From an uncultured Candidatus Poseidoniales archaeon (GTDB lineage: Archaea; Thermoplasmatota; Poseidoniia; Poseidoniales; Thalassarchaeaceae), in NCBI GenBank assembly GCA_963934015.1, contig CAWVWT010000007.1:1088-65087 (forward strand): a stretch of 64,000 nucleotides of DNA, written 5' to 3'. Below the pieces are notes generated by a model. That model was not told the DNA's origin. It saw only the letters and a list, made by a program, of their open reading frames with translations, and ran no database searches. Below, one piece after another: positions 44,418-52,900 of this stretch. The position numbers and the translations under genes were made by a program. Position 1 is the first letter of the stretch; the number at the start of each line of letters is the position of its first letter.

Positions 44418-45377
44418 ATGAATCCATACAAGATGGTCATCGCAGTCACCAATCAGAAGGGTGGATGTGCAAAAACAACCACTGCAGTCAATATCGCCAC
44501 TGCACTTGCCAAGGGTAATAAGGAACAGGATGGATTTCCTCCTGCAAAGGTTCTGCTGGTGGACTTAGATCCGCAAGGAAACGCTTCAACATCATTTGGA
44601 ATCGATAAGAGTAAGTTGGAGCGAACTGTGTACGATCTTCTCATGAATGATCTCGGTGAGGAATTACCAATCCTAGAAGATTATCTCATCGCACCTGACA
44701 TCATCACTGACTCCATGCAAGAAGCATGGAGGCAAAATAACCCCGATAAGAAACCTCCACGAACGATGGGTGTGAGGAATCTATGGCTTCTTCCAAGTAA
44801 TATCCAATTATCAGGTGCAGAGATTGAGTTGGCAACCCGAATTGGACGAGAAACGCGTCTTAAAGAGGGGTTGAGGCCTGCTTTCGATGAATTCGATTAT
44901 ATCATCATCGATACACCACCAAGTCTCGGCCTGCTCACCATTAATGCCTTGGCTGCAGCAAACTGGGTATTGATACCAGTGCAGACTGAATATTATGCAT
45001 TGGAAGGTATGAGTCAATTGATGAATTCTATCAAACTAGTTCAACGCCGAATCAATCCCAATCTCAAGTTATTCGGTATCGCACTGACAATGTATCAGAA
45101 GAGCAAACTATGTAACACGGTCCAATCAGAGGTCCGGCGACATTTCCCCACCCATGTATTCAAGACTGTAATTCCAAGAAACATTGACATTGCCGCAGCA
45201 CCATCTGATGGTGCACCCATCACAATTCTGAAAAAACCAACACGATCTAACAAAGGGAGTCAATCATATTGGTCTCTAGCCAAAGAAGCCCACCTACGAG
45301 TCCTGAAAATCCGACACAAATATGGGATTTCTGAACCCAATCGACTTCGTCAACATCAACTACGAACCGGTGAATAG
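44418..45377 (+). CDS. ParA/Soj-family partition ATPase (SegA-like)
   Basis: The deviant Walker A is VTNQKGGCAKTTT. LLVDLDPQGN, IIIDTPPSLG and the YALEG segment are present. It carries a ~45-aa insertion and a basic C-terminal tail. Confidence 0.85.
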   Translation: MNPYKMVIAVTNQKGGCAKTTTAVNIATALAKGNKEQDGFPPAKVLLVDLDPQGNASTSFGIDKSKLERTVYDLLMNDLGEELPILEDYLIAPDIITDSMQEAWRQNNPDKKPPRTMGVRNLWLLPSNIQLSGAEIELATRIGRETRLKEGLRPAFDEFDYIIIDTPPSLGLLTINALAAANWVLIPVQTEYYALEGMSQLMNSIKLVQRRINPNLKLFGIALTMYQKSKLCNTVQSEVRRHFPTHVFKTVIPRNIDIAAAPSDGAPITILKKPTRSNKGSQSYWSLAKEAHLRVLKIRHKYGISEPNRLRQHQLRTGE

Positions 45378-45385
45378 CCTCACAA

Positions 45386-45679
45386 ATGACCGACACGCTC
45401 AAGTTGCTTAGGGCAGGGCTTCGCACCGGTGACAACATGGGTTCCCCGAATATGACCTCTGTCAGCGTCTCATTTGATGTGAGGCGCCAACTGAATTCAA
45501 TGCGAGCAATGGGCAATCACGATAGTGTGGATGATTTATTGACTCAAGTGCTACAAGAATACCGAATGGCACAGCTACGAGCCGAGGCTGATAAACTGCG
45601 TAATCGGCTACGCGATATCGGTCAAACCGATGTCGAAGCGCTCGTCGAAAGGCTTGGACATTCCCCCTATGGTGGTTGA
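45386..45679 (+). CDS. small DNA-binding protein candidate, ribbon-helix-helix-like (SegB/ParG-like or antitoxin-like)
   Basis: It starts 8 nt after the parA stop. The beta-strand-like TSVSVSFDV is followed by two helix-like segments (RRQLNSMRA...SVDDLLTQVLQEY) and then a coiled-coil-like tail. The fold assignment is by eye only. Confidence 0.45.
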   Translation: MTDTLKLLRAGLRTGDNMGSPNMTSVSVSFDVRRQLNSMRAMGNHDSVDDLLTQVLQEYRMAQLRAEADKLRNRLRDIGQTDVEALVERLGHSPYGG

Positions 45680-45929
45680 ATTGAAAGGACAACCACCTGC
45701 TTATTCCGTCGATGCGTCAACCCTTTTTCTTGGATTGATGGATGGAGGAAGCAATGCGCGGATTCTTCTTGATTTAGCTGCGGCAAATGAAATTGAATTA
45801 CACGCTGAACCTTCTGATTGGAACGGATTATTGTGGCTTATCTCTACCGCCTTAAAGGAAACAGGCGGGGCATACTCTGGTGAGGATTATGCTTCACTTC
45901 GAAACAATCTTCCAGTGACTTTCCACTGA
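45669..45929 (+). CDS. hypothetical small protein (86 aa), start overlaps the upstream stop by 11 nt
   Basis: ATG 45669 lies inside the end of the RHH-like gene. The N-terminal ...YSVDASTLFLGLMDG faintly resembles the first strand of PIN domains, but the protein is too short for a full PIN fold. Confidence 0.4.
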   Translation: MVVELKGQPPAYSVDASTLFLGLMDGGSNARILLDLAAANEIELHAEPSDWNGLLWLISTALKETGGAYSGEDYASLRNNLPVTFH

Positions 45930-45932
45930 GGG

Positions 45933-48380
45933 TTAATTTCCGCCGTGACGTTCTAGCCATTGGTGACCATACCAACGCCACTGCTCCGCTGTCCAACCTT
46001 CAGGCAAACCACCAGATGGCACGGGGGGTGCTTCTACTGGAGGTTGTTGTGTTTCAGATTCAGGACTTTGATCCGGGGTTGAATCGGTATTCATTTTAAT
46101 TTCTTCAACAACCTGGGATTCTTCTGATTCAGTGTCTGAATCTGTCCCTGAGGAATAATCCGGTTCAGAGGATAAATCATCGGAGGTAGGCGCATCATCA
46201 TCAAAGAGGCCTTCTTCCATATCTGAATCATTTTCAGATTCCTCGTCGATGTGGTCATCACCCCATGCCTTCTGCTCATCAATCCCACCTCGTGATTCGA
46301 ACTTATCCCCACTTTCCCAGGCATCCAATTCACGTGTGGCATCCTGATGTGTGTATTGGGCATCTGGTTTACTTTTACTACGTATTTTTCCAGCCACCCT
46401 GATAGTTCCAACAATTCCTAACATGGCAACAGCCATCACACCTACAAGGCTGACTGCTATTACTGCAAATTCCTTGATTGAATCCATCATATCAACACCC
46501 TTTTCATCGTCTAAGAGTGTTAGATTATCTAAATCCGTATTATCTGTTGAAGTATTACAGGCTTCAACATCATCTGTATGTTTGATACAATGATCTTCTA
46601 ATGTTTGAATTTCTGGATCGGTGTCATTGTAATCACTATTGCTTCCTGCGCAATCACGGTCATGATCAAGCCATTCCGTGCGAATACCCACCATCGTACA
46701 CTCGCCACCGGATACTTCGGTATTGTCATCATACCCATCGCTATCTTCATCAACACAGCCATAGCGATTAATTGAGGTGTAGGCATTGGTTCCAGGGTCG
46801 TACATATTTGCTCTTGTACTGGTACCGGCAAGTGTGGGACAAGCATCACCTCTGAACCCACTCAAATTGTCCCCGTAACCATCTCCATCTGAATCACGCC
46901 ATTGGCTATCTTCCATGTGGAAGGCATCAGTATTTCCTGATGGGTGTGCATCTTCACCATTTCCTGGGTCCGACCAACCATCCCCATCTGTATCTTGACA
47001 ACCCAGTCTGTCCATAGTCGAACCGCCAGATTGACTGACACAAGCATCGGATTGGGTGGCACCTGGTTCTTGATTGTCACCATATCCATCTCCATCTGTA
47101 TCCATCCACTGTGTAGAATCATCCGGGAATTTGTCACCATCTTGGCCATATTCATAGTCGCCGTAACCATCTCCGTCAGAATCGGATTGCTGTGACGGAT
47201 TATTGGGGAATGCATCGCCATTATCGCCAACAGTGTCCCCATCTGAATCCATCCATTCTGTAGAATCGCCCGGGAAAACATCTGTGTTATCGCCAAAGCC
47301 ATCAAAATCTGAATCTATCCATTCTGCAGAATCATCAGGGAAAATATCAAGCCCATCTACAACACCATCACCGTCACGATCTGTATCGAGAAGGTGTATC
47401 TCTGAATCTGTGTTAAAAGATGTGAGAATTAAGACACCGGCACCGGCAGCAGCTCGGAAACCAACTACTTCCCCTTGTACTGTGAAGTCTTGTTCTTTCG
47501 TTAAACTACTGAGATCAATAGAGAAGGTGTTACCATTCGACATACCTATCATCAAGCGTTCACCCAATTCTTGCAAGGAATGGCCTTGTCCAATTGGACA
47601 GAGAACTATCGAATGCTCACGTACCCAAGTTGAAGTGTTGTGTACGTCCAATCGACAATTGTCTGAAAGACTGAACAACAAAGATTCGTCAACACTGGAG
47701 AAGATTTTCAATAAGGGATACTGTGAGTCTACCAACACTTGAATTAATGTACCATTTTCATCATGGATTCGTATTTGCTTATCTCGACCTGATGTGAGAA
47801 TATTGCCGTCAGCAAGCGTAACTACACTTGTAATACCATTCGTGTGACTACTCGTAGATACACCTGAAGGCGTATTAGCTTGACCATCCCACTCTACTGC
47901 ATGCTTTGCTGTTCGCTTGGTGACCCACAAATCACCATCACGATCCCATGCCAATGCATCCACAGGTTGACTTACACTGAATCGGTAAAGTTCTTCCATA
48001 TAATCAACCGATATGACAATCGCTCCAGTTGAGGTCCCAACTGCCAGTAATTTTTCTTCTTGATTGTAATCACCCGCATAGAGTGTGGCATTCGTAAATT
48101 CACTCCACACCTCCGCATAACTACCGTTGACTTGAACTGAATATGCTGTAACATAACCGTTCGCTGTTGCGACGAGAATATTGCCATCATCAAGGGTCCA
48201 CCACCCAATTGCTGGATGATCTAATTCGGCCACCATTCCTGCCGAACCAAGATCCTCAATTGATGCGGATGTAGTGGGTAATAATGGTATTACGAGCGCA
48301 CCAAGAAGAATTGTGAATAATGCAAATGCCCGCGCGCGCATGCGTAGACGAATGCACATCCCCCTTTGAATCGAGCGCAT
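45933..48380 (-). CDS. membrane-anchored surface protein: WD40-like beta-propeller + thrombospondin type-3-like Ca-binding repeats + TM + 155-aa acidic cytoplasmic tail
   Basis: The signal peptide is MRARAFALFTILLGALVIPLLPTTSAS. WD40-like units are present (ITSVVTLADGNILTSGRDKQIRIHD). There are 8 or more repeats of FPxDxxEWxDSDGDGxGDN type (~nt 46620-47400). The TM is FAVIAVSLVGVMAVAMLGIVGTI, and the tail ends LPEGWTAEQWRWYGHQWLERHGGN. The start is ATG 48380, 48359 or 48341. The track start at 48428 would read through a hairpin. Confidence 0.8.
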   Translation of the reverse strand: MRSIQRGMCIRLRMRARAFALFTILLGALVIPLLPTTSASIEDLGSAGMVAELDHPAIGWWTLDDGNILVATANGYVTAYSVQVNGSYAEVWSEFTNATLYAGDYNQEEKLLAVGTSTGAIVISVDYMEELYRFSVSQPVDALAWDRDGDLWVTKRTAKHAVEWDGQANTPSGVSTSSHTNGITSVVTLADGNILTSGRDKQIRIHDENGTLIQVLVDSQYPLLKIFSSVDESLLFSLSDNCRLDVHNTSTWVREHSIVLCPIGQGHSLQELGERLMIGMSNGNTFSIDLSSLTKEQDFTVQGEVVGFRAAAGAGVLILTSFNTDSEIHLLDTDRDGDGVVDGLDIFPDDSAEWIDSDFDGFGDNTDVFPGDSTEWMDSDGDTVGDNGDAFPNNPSQQSDSDGDGYGDYEYGQDGDKFPDDSTQWMDTDGDGYGDNQEPGATQSDACVSQSGGSTMDRLGCQDTDGDGWSDPGNGEDAHPSGNTDAFHMEDSQWRDSDGDGYGDNLSGFRGDACPTLAGTSTRANMYDPGTNAYTSINRYGCVDEDSDGYDDNTEVSGGECTMVGIRTEWLDHDRDCAGSNSDYNDTDPEIQTLEDHCIKHTDDVEACNTSTDNTDLDNLTLLDDEKGVDMMDSIKEFAVIAVSLVGVMAVAMLGIVGTIRVAGKIRSKSKPDAQYTHQDATRELDAWESGDKFESRGGIDEQKAWGDDHIDEESENDSDMEEGLFDDDAPTSDDLSSEPDYSSGTDSDTESEESQVVEEIKMNTDSTPDQSPESETQQPPVEAPPVPSGGLPEGWTAEQWRWYGHQWLERHGGN

Positions 48381-48399
48381 GGTTTGTTCAGTATGGAAT

Positions 48400-48418
48400 C
48401 GCACCCCTGTGGGGTGCG
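48400..48418 (-). promoter_or_regulatory. G/C hairpin CGCACCCC-ACA-GGGGTGCG between the coiled-coil gene and the surface protein gene
   Basis: It has the same 8-bp stem as 24122-24141. It starts 6 nt after the coiled-coil gene stop and ends 19 nt before ATG 48380. Confidence 0.5.
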
Positions 48419-48424
48419 TCTCAA

Positions 48425-50959
48425 TCATTCTTCTTCATCCAATGTAGATTCACTAATTGGCTTCAATACTGCCCTGCTAACCGGCGTGAGAACTGCAACA
48501 TCGTCATTTGTAGATTCTTCAATACTATCTGTACCAACTGGGTTCAAAACCCTGCGAGCCACCGGTTGTAGAATAGGGCGTTGCACTGGTGCAAGAACCG
48601 GTATATCTGTTTCTTCATCCGCAGATGGTGTCCCATCCTCCTCCAATCCAGGTGGACCACGAGTTGGTGGTTTGCTGGAGGGTTTCTCAGGAGCCCCTTC
48701 ACGAATGAGACGACCACCACCTGGTGGGCCCCGCGTTGATTTGACAACCTCTGAGAAATCAGGAGTCTCTTTCGATGGTGGTGTGATTTCTATTGTTGCC
48801 TCCTCTTCTTCAGAAATAGCATTGAGTATTGTCTGGGTCAGAGATGCTTTTTCTTCCACCGGTGGTTCGGGATCCGAATCAAATTCCTCTTCACTCATTG
48901 GTGCAGATTCTGGTATAGATTCGACCTCTGGAACTGGTGCCTTGATGGGTTGACGAACTGGTTGCAATGCACCCAATCCCTCTTTGGTAGATTGAAGCGC
49001 TCCGCCAAGAGGTCCCGCTCCAAGACCGCCACTTCGCTGTACGGGGGAGTGTACTGGAGCTGCAAGTGTTCGAGGTTGTTCTTCACCAACTGGCTTTGGC
49101 GCTGAACCGAGTCCGCCTGGGCGTGCAAGACTACCCAATCCACTACGAGGTTGTCCCAAAGTCGGGGTCGCACCAGCAGCGGTTCCAGGCATCTGTCCTT
49201 TGGCACCCGCTAAGGCACTCATCCAAGCCTGGCGACGATCTAAGCGACCATCCTTTCCTTCAAGTTCCGCCTCTTCTTCTGCGACCTTGAGTTCTGCTTC
49301 TGCTTCAAGATCTTCCTCTGTAATGAGGCCCTTCTCAAGTTCGACACGGAGTTTTTCTTCCGCGGCAACACGGAATTCCTCCGCACGTGATTCAAGTTGG
49401 TTTAGGCGATCACGAATCTCAGCTCGCTTGATCGCGAGTTGGGCCTCAATCTCAGCCCGAATCTCGCTTTCTTTTCGACGAACTTCAATGAGAGCTTTGT
49501 TGCGCATAATTTCTTCGCGCTTGGCGACTTGTCGCTCAAGTTGTTCTGCAACCTCCTGCTCCTTTTGTGCACGGAAAGCGGCCAAATCTGCTTCCATCTC
49601 AACCTCAAGGTCGAGACTTGTTTCTTGTTTGATGAGATCAAGATTAGTTTCTTGAGCAATCCGCTCATTTCGAATTCTAGAGTCAATTTCAGCCATGATT
49701 TGGCGTTCAGATGTCTGCTGGCGTACAGAGAATTCTGATTCAATTTGAGATACCCATTCGACTTTCTTGGCATCATATTGCTTATCTAATTGCTCACGTA
49801 GATCAAGTTCACGATCATGCCTAAATTGACTCAAGTGTTGAGTGATCTCAGCCTCGCGGTCTCCTTTGTAATTCTCAAATTCAGCATCGATTCTTTCACT
49901 CACTGTATCCTCTAGTTCTAGATGCAACGCACGATCGATTTCGTCAATTGCGTGTGAAAATGATACATCAAACCTATCCTTAAGGCGTTGTTTACGAAGT
50001 GCTAGACGGTCGCCATATTCTGAATCAAGACTTCGGAGAATAGATGCCTGAAGTTCTTCGCGTCTTCGAGCGACTGCAAGTTCCAAGTCCTCTTGCATTC
50101 TACCCTCAAGGCGTTCTGTTTCTTGTGTAAGTCGAGTTTCAAGTTCTGACGCCAGTTCTTGTGCAATTTGTTCCTCAAGACGATGTGCGCGTCGTTCGTA
50201 CTCAGCGCGTAAGCGCGCTTCGCGCTCGCGAAGACGCTGGCGAAGTTGTTGCTCTAAACGACGGCGAATGCCATCGCGGAGTTGAATTTCACGTTCTGCT
50301 AATCGGGCCTGTTGCGCATCTTCGATACGGCGGGCTTGAGTACCTTCTTCCTCATCGAGACGATTTGCCATCTCACCTTTCAGTTGATCTTCAATATCTC
50401 TAATTTGTCGCTGCATCTCTTGTCCAGCTTCAATTTCAAGACGCTCCTCGAGGAACGCACGGCGGCGGTCAAACTCAGAGTCCATTTCTTCCTTTAATTG
50501 GGAACGGAGCTGGTCTCTTCGAGATTCCAGGCGCCGAGTTGATTCTAACTCCAATCGTGAGCGGATGGATTCTTCCTCTCGAGTTAAACGTAATTTCATT
50601 TCATCTCTAAGATTAGCTTCTTCTCTCTCAAGGGTATCTTTTTCTAGGCGCTCAAGTTCAGCTTCCATGTCTGAACGGAGTTCGGCTTCAATTTCATCGA
50701 GAGCCCCTTCAGATTGCATTCCTGCTGTTTTTGCAAGTGCACCTTTCATTCCTGAAAGACGTTCTGCTTGTTCTTGTAATCGGAGGCGACGCTCCCTCTT
50801 TAGTGACGACCGCATTCTGCGTTCATCATTGAGGCGATCGTCAAGAGACTGGACATCGTCTAGGGAAGCTGTACGCATTTCAGACGCACCGGAATTACCG
50901 GCCGTATGACGTGCTCTCAATTCTGCCAAGTTTTCCCTACTAACACTCAAGGGTCCCAT
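48425..50959 (-). CDS. 844-aa cytoplasmic Glu/Arg-rich coiled-coil protein with Pro-rich C-terminal region
   Basis: It has no TM or signal peptide. About 550 aa form a continuous E/R/L/Q heptad-like sequence with recurring ~35-aa units (…LRSQLKEEMDSEFDRRR…, …LRQRLREREARLRAEYERR…). About 250 aa of P/G/S/E-rich sequence follow, with PV..P[IV] repeats. The protein ends ...STLDEEE. Confidence 0.75.
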   Translation of the reverse strand: MGPLSVSRENLAELRARHTAGNSGASEMRTASLDDVQSLDDRLNDERRMRSSLKRERRLRLQEQAERLSGMKGALAKTAGMQSEGALDEIEAELRSDMEAELERLEKDTLEREEANLRDEMKLRLTREEESIRSRLELESTRRLESRRDQLRSQLKEEMDSEFDRRRAFLEERLEIEAGQEMQRQIRDIEDQLKGEMANRLDEEEGTQARRIEDAQQARLAEREIQLRDGIRRRLEQQLRQRLREREARLRAEYERRAHRLEEQIAQELASELETRLTQETERLEGRMQEDLELAVARRREELQASILRSLDSEYGDRLALRKQRLKDRFDVSFSHAIDEIDRALHLELEDTVSERIDAEFENYKGDREAEITQHLSQFRHDRELDLREQLDKQYDAKKVEWVSQIESEFSVRQQTSERQIMAEIDSRIRNERIAQETNLDLIKQETSLDLEVEMEADLAAFRAQKEQEVAEQLERQVAKREEIMRNKALIEVRRKESEIRAEIEAQLAIKRAEIRDRLNQLESRAEEFRVAAEEKLRVELEKGLITEEDLEAEAELKVAEEEAELEGKDGRLDRRQAWMSALAGAKGQMPGTAAGATPTLGQPRSGLGSLARPGGLGSAPKPVGEEQPRTLAAPVHSPVQRSGGLGAGPLGGALQSTKEGLGALQPVRQPIKAPVPEVESIPESAPMSEEEFDSDPEPPVEEKASLTQTILNAISEEEEATIEITPPSKETPDFSEVVKSTRGPPGGGRLIREGAPEKPSSKPPTRGPPGLEEDGTPSADEETDIPVLAPVQRPILQPVARRVLNPVGTDSIEESTNDDVAVLTPVSRAVLKPISESTLDEEE

Positions 50960-51054
50960 CCCCGATGCGAGTTCGAATACTTCTGATACTTAACCGCCGC
51001 AGGTTTGAACAATCTCTGTAGGCGGATTATCAGACCCTATGGCATGCTCCGAAA

Positions 51055-51939
51055 TTATACATTTGATTCATCCTGAATCGGACCCCATTCTTTCTCACAA
51101 ATGGAAGGTCCCATCACCACATGTATTAGAATAATAATCAATGATATCGAGAACATGGAAAATGATACCAATGAACTGGTCTCAGATGAACCCGTGATTT
51201 GGAGAGCGATGGCTACAAGCAATAATAGCATCACTAGATACATCATTTTCAACTTCCACCCATCCTTATATTTCGGTAAACGTCGATCAGAAATCATTAG
51301 GTATCCCGAAATCAAGCAACCAGGAAGTAGTATCCAATCCAATGCAGGATGGTTACCCTCACCATATCTCCATTCAAGCAAGTCCGGGCCCAATGCTTCG
51401 GGTTGGATCCAAACCAGCCCAGATAATGCTACAAGGATGAGGGCATTTCCAGGACTTGCAAGACCATGGAACCACGGGTATTCATTATCGGATTCATGTT
51501 GAAATCGAGCGAGTCTCAGCATTGTGCAAACGACTATCCAACAACATGCTGTGGCTAGAGGTATTGTCCAAAACGGAGCGGCTTCACCCCACCGACTGAA
51601 CATTCCGAAGACCAGTAGAGAGGGAGCTACACCAAAGGATATTGAATCAGACATCAAATCTAGATAACTGCCCAAATGTCTACGCTTGGAATATCGACGC
51701 GCAATCGGGCCATCGATAGCATCACCAATTACAGAGAGCAATATGAATAACATGGCAAGCCAAATGTAAATTTCAGACAAATGGCTGTCATCTTTTGAAG
51801 CAAATCCATCGAATGCCAAAATTAGAAAGAGAATAGAGAGTGTGCCCAACAAACCATTGCCTAAGGTAATCCAATCGGCAATGCCCATCAACCGAAAGGT
51901 CGTCTTCATATCATAAGCGAAACCTATCTTTGGCTTCAA
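51055..51939 (-). CDS. CDP-alcohol phosphatidyltransferase (archaetidylserine/phosphatidylserine synthase-like)
   Basis: The signature D-x2-DG-x2-AR-x8-G-x3-D-x3-D appears as GDAIDGPIARRYSKRRHLGSYLDLMSDSISFG. The protein is polytopic. Confidence 0.85.
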   Translation of the reverse strand: MKPKIGFAYDMKTTFRLMGIADWITLGNGLLGTLSILFLILAFDGFASKDDSHLSEIYIWLAMLFILLSVIGDAIDGPIARRYSKRRHLGSYLDLMSDSISFGVAPSLLVFGMFSRWGEAAPFWTIPLATACCWIVVCTMLRLARFQHESDNEYPWFHGLASPGNALILVALSGLVWIQPEALGPDLLEWRYGEGNHPALDWILLPGCLISGYLMISDRRLPKYKDGWKLKMMYLVMLLLLVAIALQITGSSETSSLVSFSMFSISLIIILIHVVMGPSICEKEWGPIQDESNV

Positions 51940-51957
51940 TTCTTTCCCGAATAATCA

Positions 51958-52353
51958 TCAGAAAGTCACATGGAAGGACTCTGAGCATGCGGGGCAATCG
52001 AGGCGCCGCTTGCCAGGTCTGGGGCGGATGCGAAGTTGACGTTCACATGAGGGGCACGAAACTTCGACTTTGACAACCTTCTGCAGGATCTTGAAAACGG
52101 TTTTACAGGATGAGCAACGCAGGGCGCAGGGCCTCTCATCAACACCTACACGCAAAATTTTTGGACAGTTTGGGCAACTGATCTTCTCATCTGTCCAACT
52201 TTCGCGCGTCGGTTTATGTTCAATTCGAGAAACTGCCGTGCATACGCTACAAGTGACTTCGCCAAGTTCGTGAGGCAGCATACTCTCACAGTTTGGACAC
52301 TGCACAGTAGGAGGTGCCACCTTCGATTCTATTTCTTGAATCTCATCGCTCAT
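51958..52353 (-). CDS. triple zinc-ribbon protein (12 Cys in six CxxC pairs)
   Basis: There are three repeats of CPxC-x11-17-CxxC: QCPNCES..CSVCTA, SCPNCPK..CSSCKT and SCPSCER..CPACSE. They resemble MJ0042-type zinc ribbons (CPxC...vrC..C...F). Confidence 0.7.
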   Translation of the reverse strand: MSDEIQEIESKVAPPTVQCPNCESMLPHELGEVTCSVCTAVSRIEHKPTRESWTDEKISCPNCPKILRVGVDERPCALRCSSCKTVFKILQKVVKVEVSCPSCERQLRIRPRPGKRRLDCPACSESFHVTF

Positions 52354-52365
52354 AATATCCCTCCA

Positions 52366-52836
52366 TCAAGCACGCTTTGGTGGACCTAAAACAAGAATCC
52401 CATTCGGCATGAATGTGACGCCCATATCCAAATCGACATCGAAAATCTCTGCCATATTACCGATTGTTTTCTTGGCTGCAACAACCGATCCGGAATCGCT
52501 TGGCACGGGAATAAAGTGCATTGCTACTCCTGATTCTAGTAGTATACGCACCTCTTCAGGTATATTTTCAATCCAATCATTACCTACAATCGGTGTGACT
52601 GGAATTCTCTTGGTAACACGCCACCAGCGTGCGCGACCCTCGTCTCTGTGGTTTTCTACCAACCCGTTCTTCTCAAGAGATTGCAAATGGTGATACAGGT
52701 GATATCGGGTCACCCCTGTACTCTTTTGCAGCATAACCGTGGACATCTCATCAGCATTGAGGAGTTCTTCATACATTGCAAGACGTGTGGGGTGAGATAA
52801 CGCCATGGTGCGCCCATCGACACGAATCTTACTCAC
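52366..52836 (-). CDS. ArsR-family winged-helix transcriptional regulator with extra C-terminal domain
   Basis: The ArsR/SmtB HTH pattern is LSHPTRLAMYEELL...STVMLQKSTGVTRYHLYHHLQSLEKNGLV. The start is GTG at 52836. Confidence 0.75.
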   Translation of the reverse strand: MSKIRVDGRTMALSHPTRLAMYEELLNADEMSTVMLQKSTGVTRYHLYHHLQSLEKNGLVENHRDEGRARWWRVTKRIPVTPIVGNDWIENIPEEVRILLESGVAMHFIPVPSDSGSVVAAKKTIGNMAEIFDVDLDMGVTFMPNGILVLGPPKRA

Positions 52837-52900
52837 CGGGGCCCCTCATTACCGGTCGGTCCATCCGCGTATATCAAAGCGGCGACTGTTGAGTTCTGAT

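Noticed and set aside
48381-48428. A track start for the surface protein at 48428 (MIETHPTGVRFH...) giving an ATGA overlap with the coiled-coil gene.
   Set aside because: These codons read through the CGCACCCC-ACA-GGGGTGCG hairpin. The signal peptide (MRARAFALF...) begins further in, so ATG 48380, 48359 or 48341 are more plausible starts.
48366-50909. Several 100-195-aa plus-strand ORFs (48366-48953, 49200-49655, 50565-50909) opposite the coiled-coil gene.
   Set aside because: They are reverse-complement shadows of GAR/CGN-rich codon runs and translate to Ser/Arg/Ala repeats. The minus-strand ORF is continuous for 844 codons.
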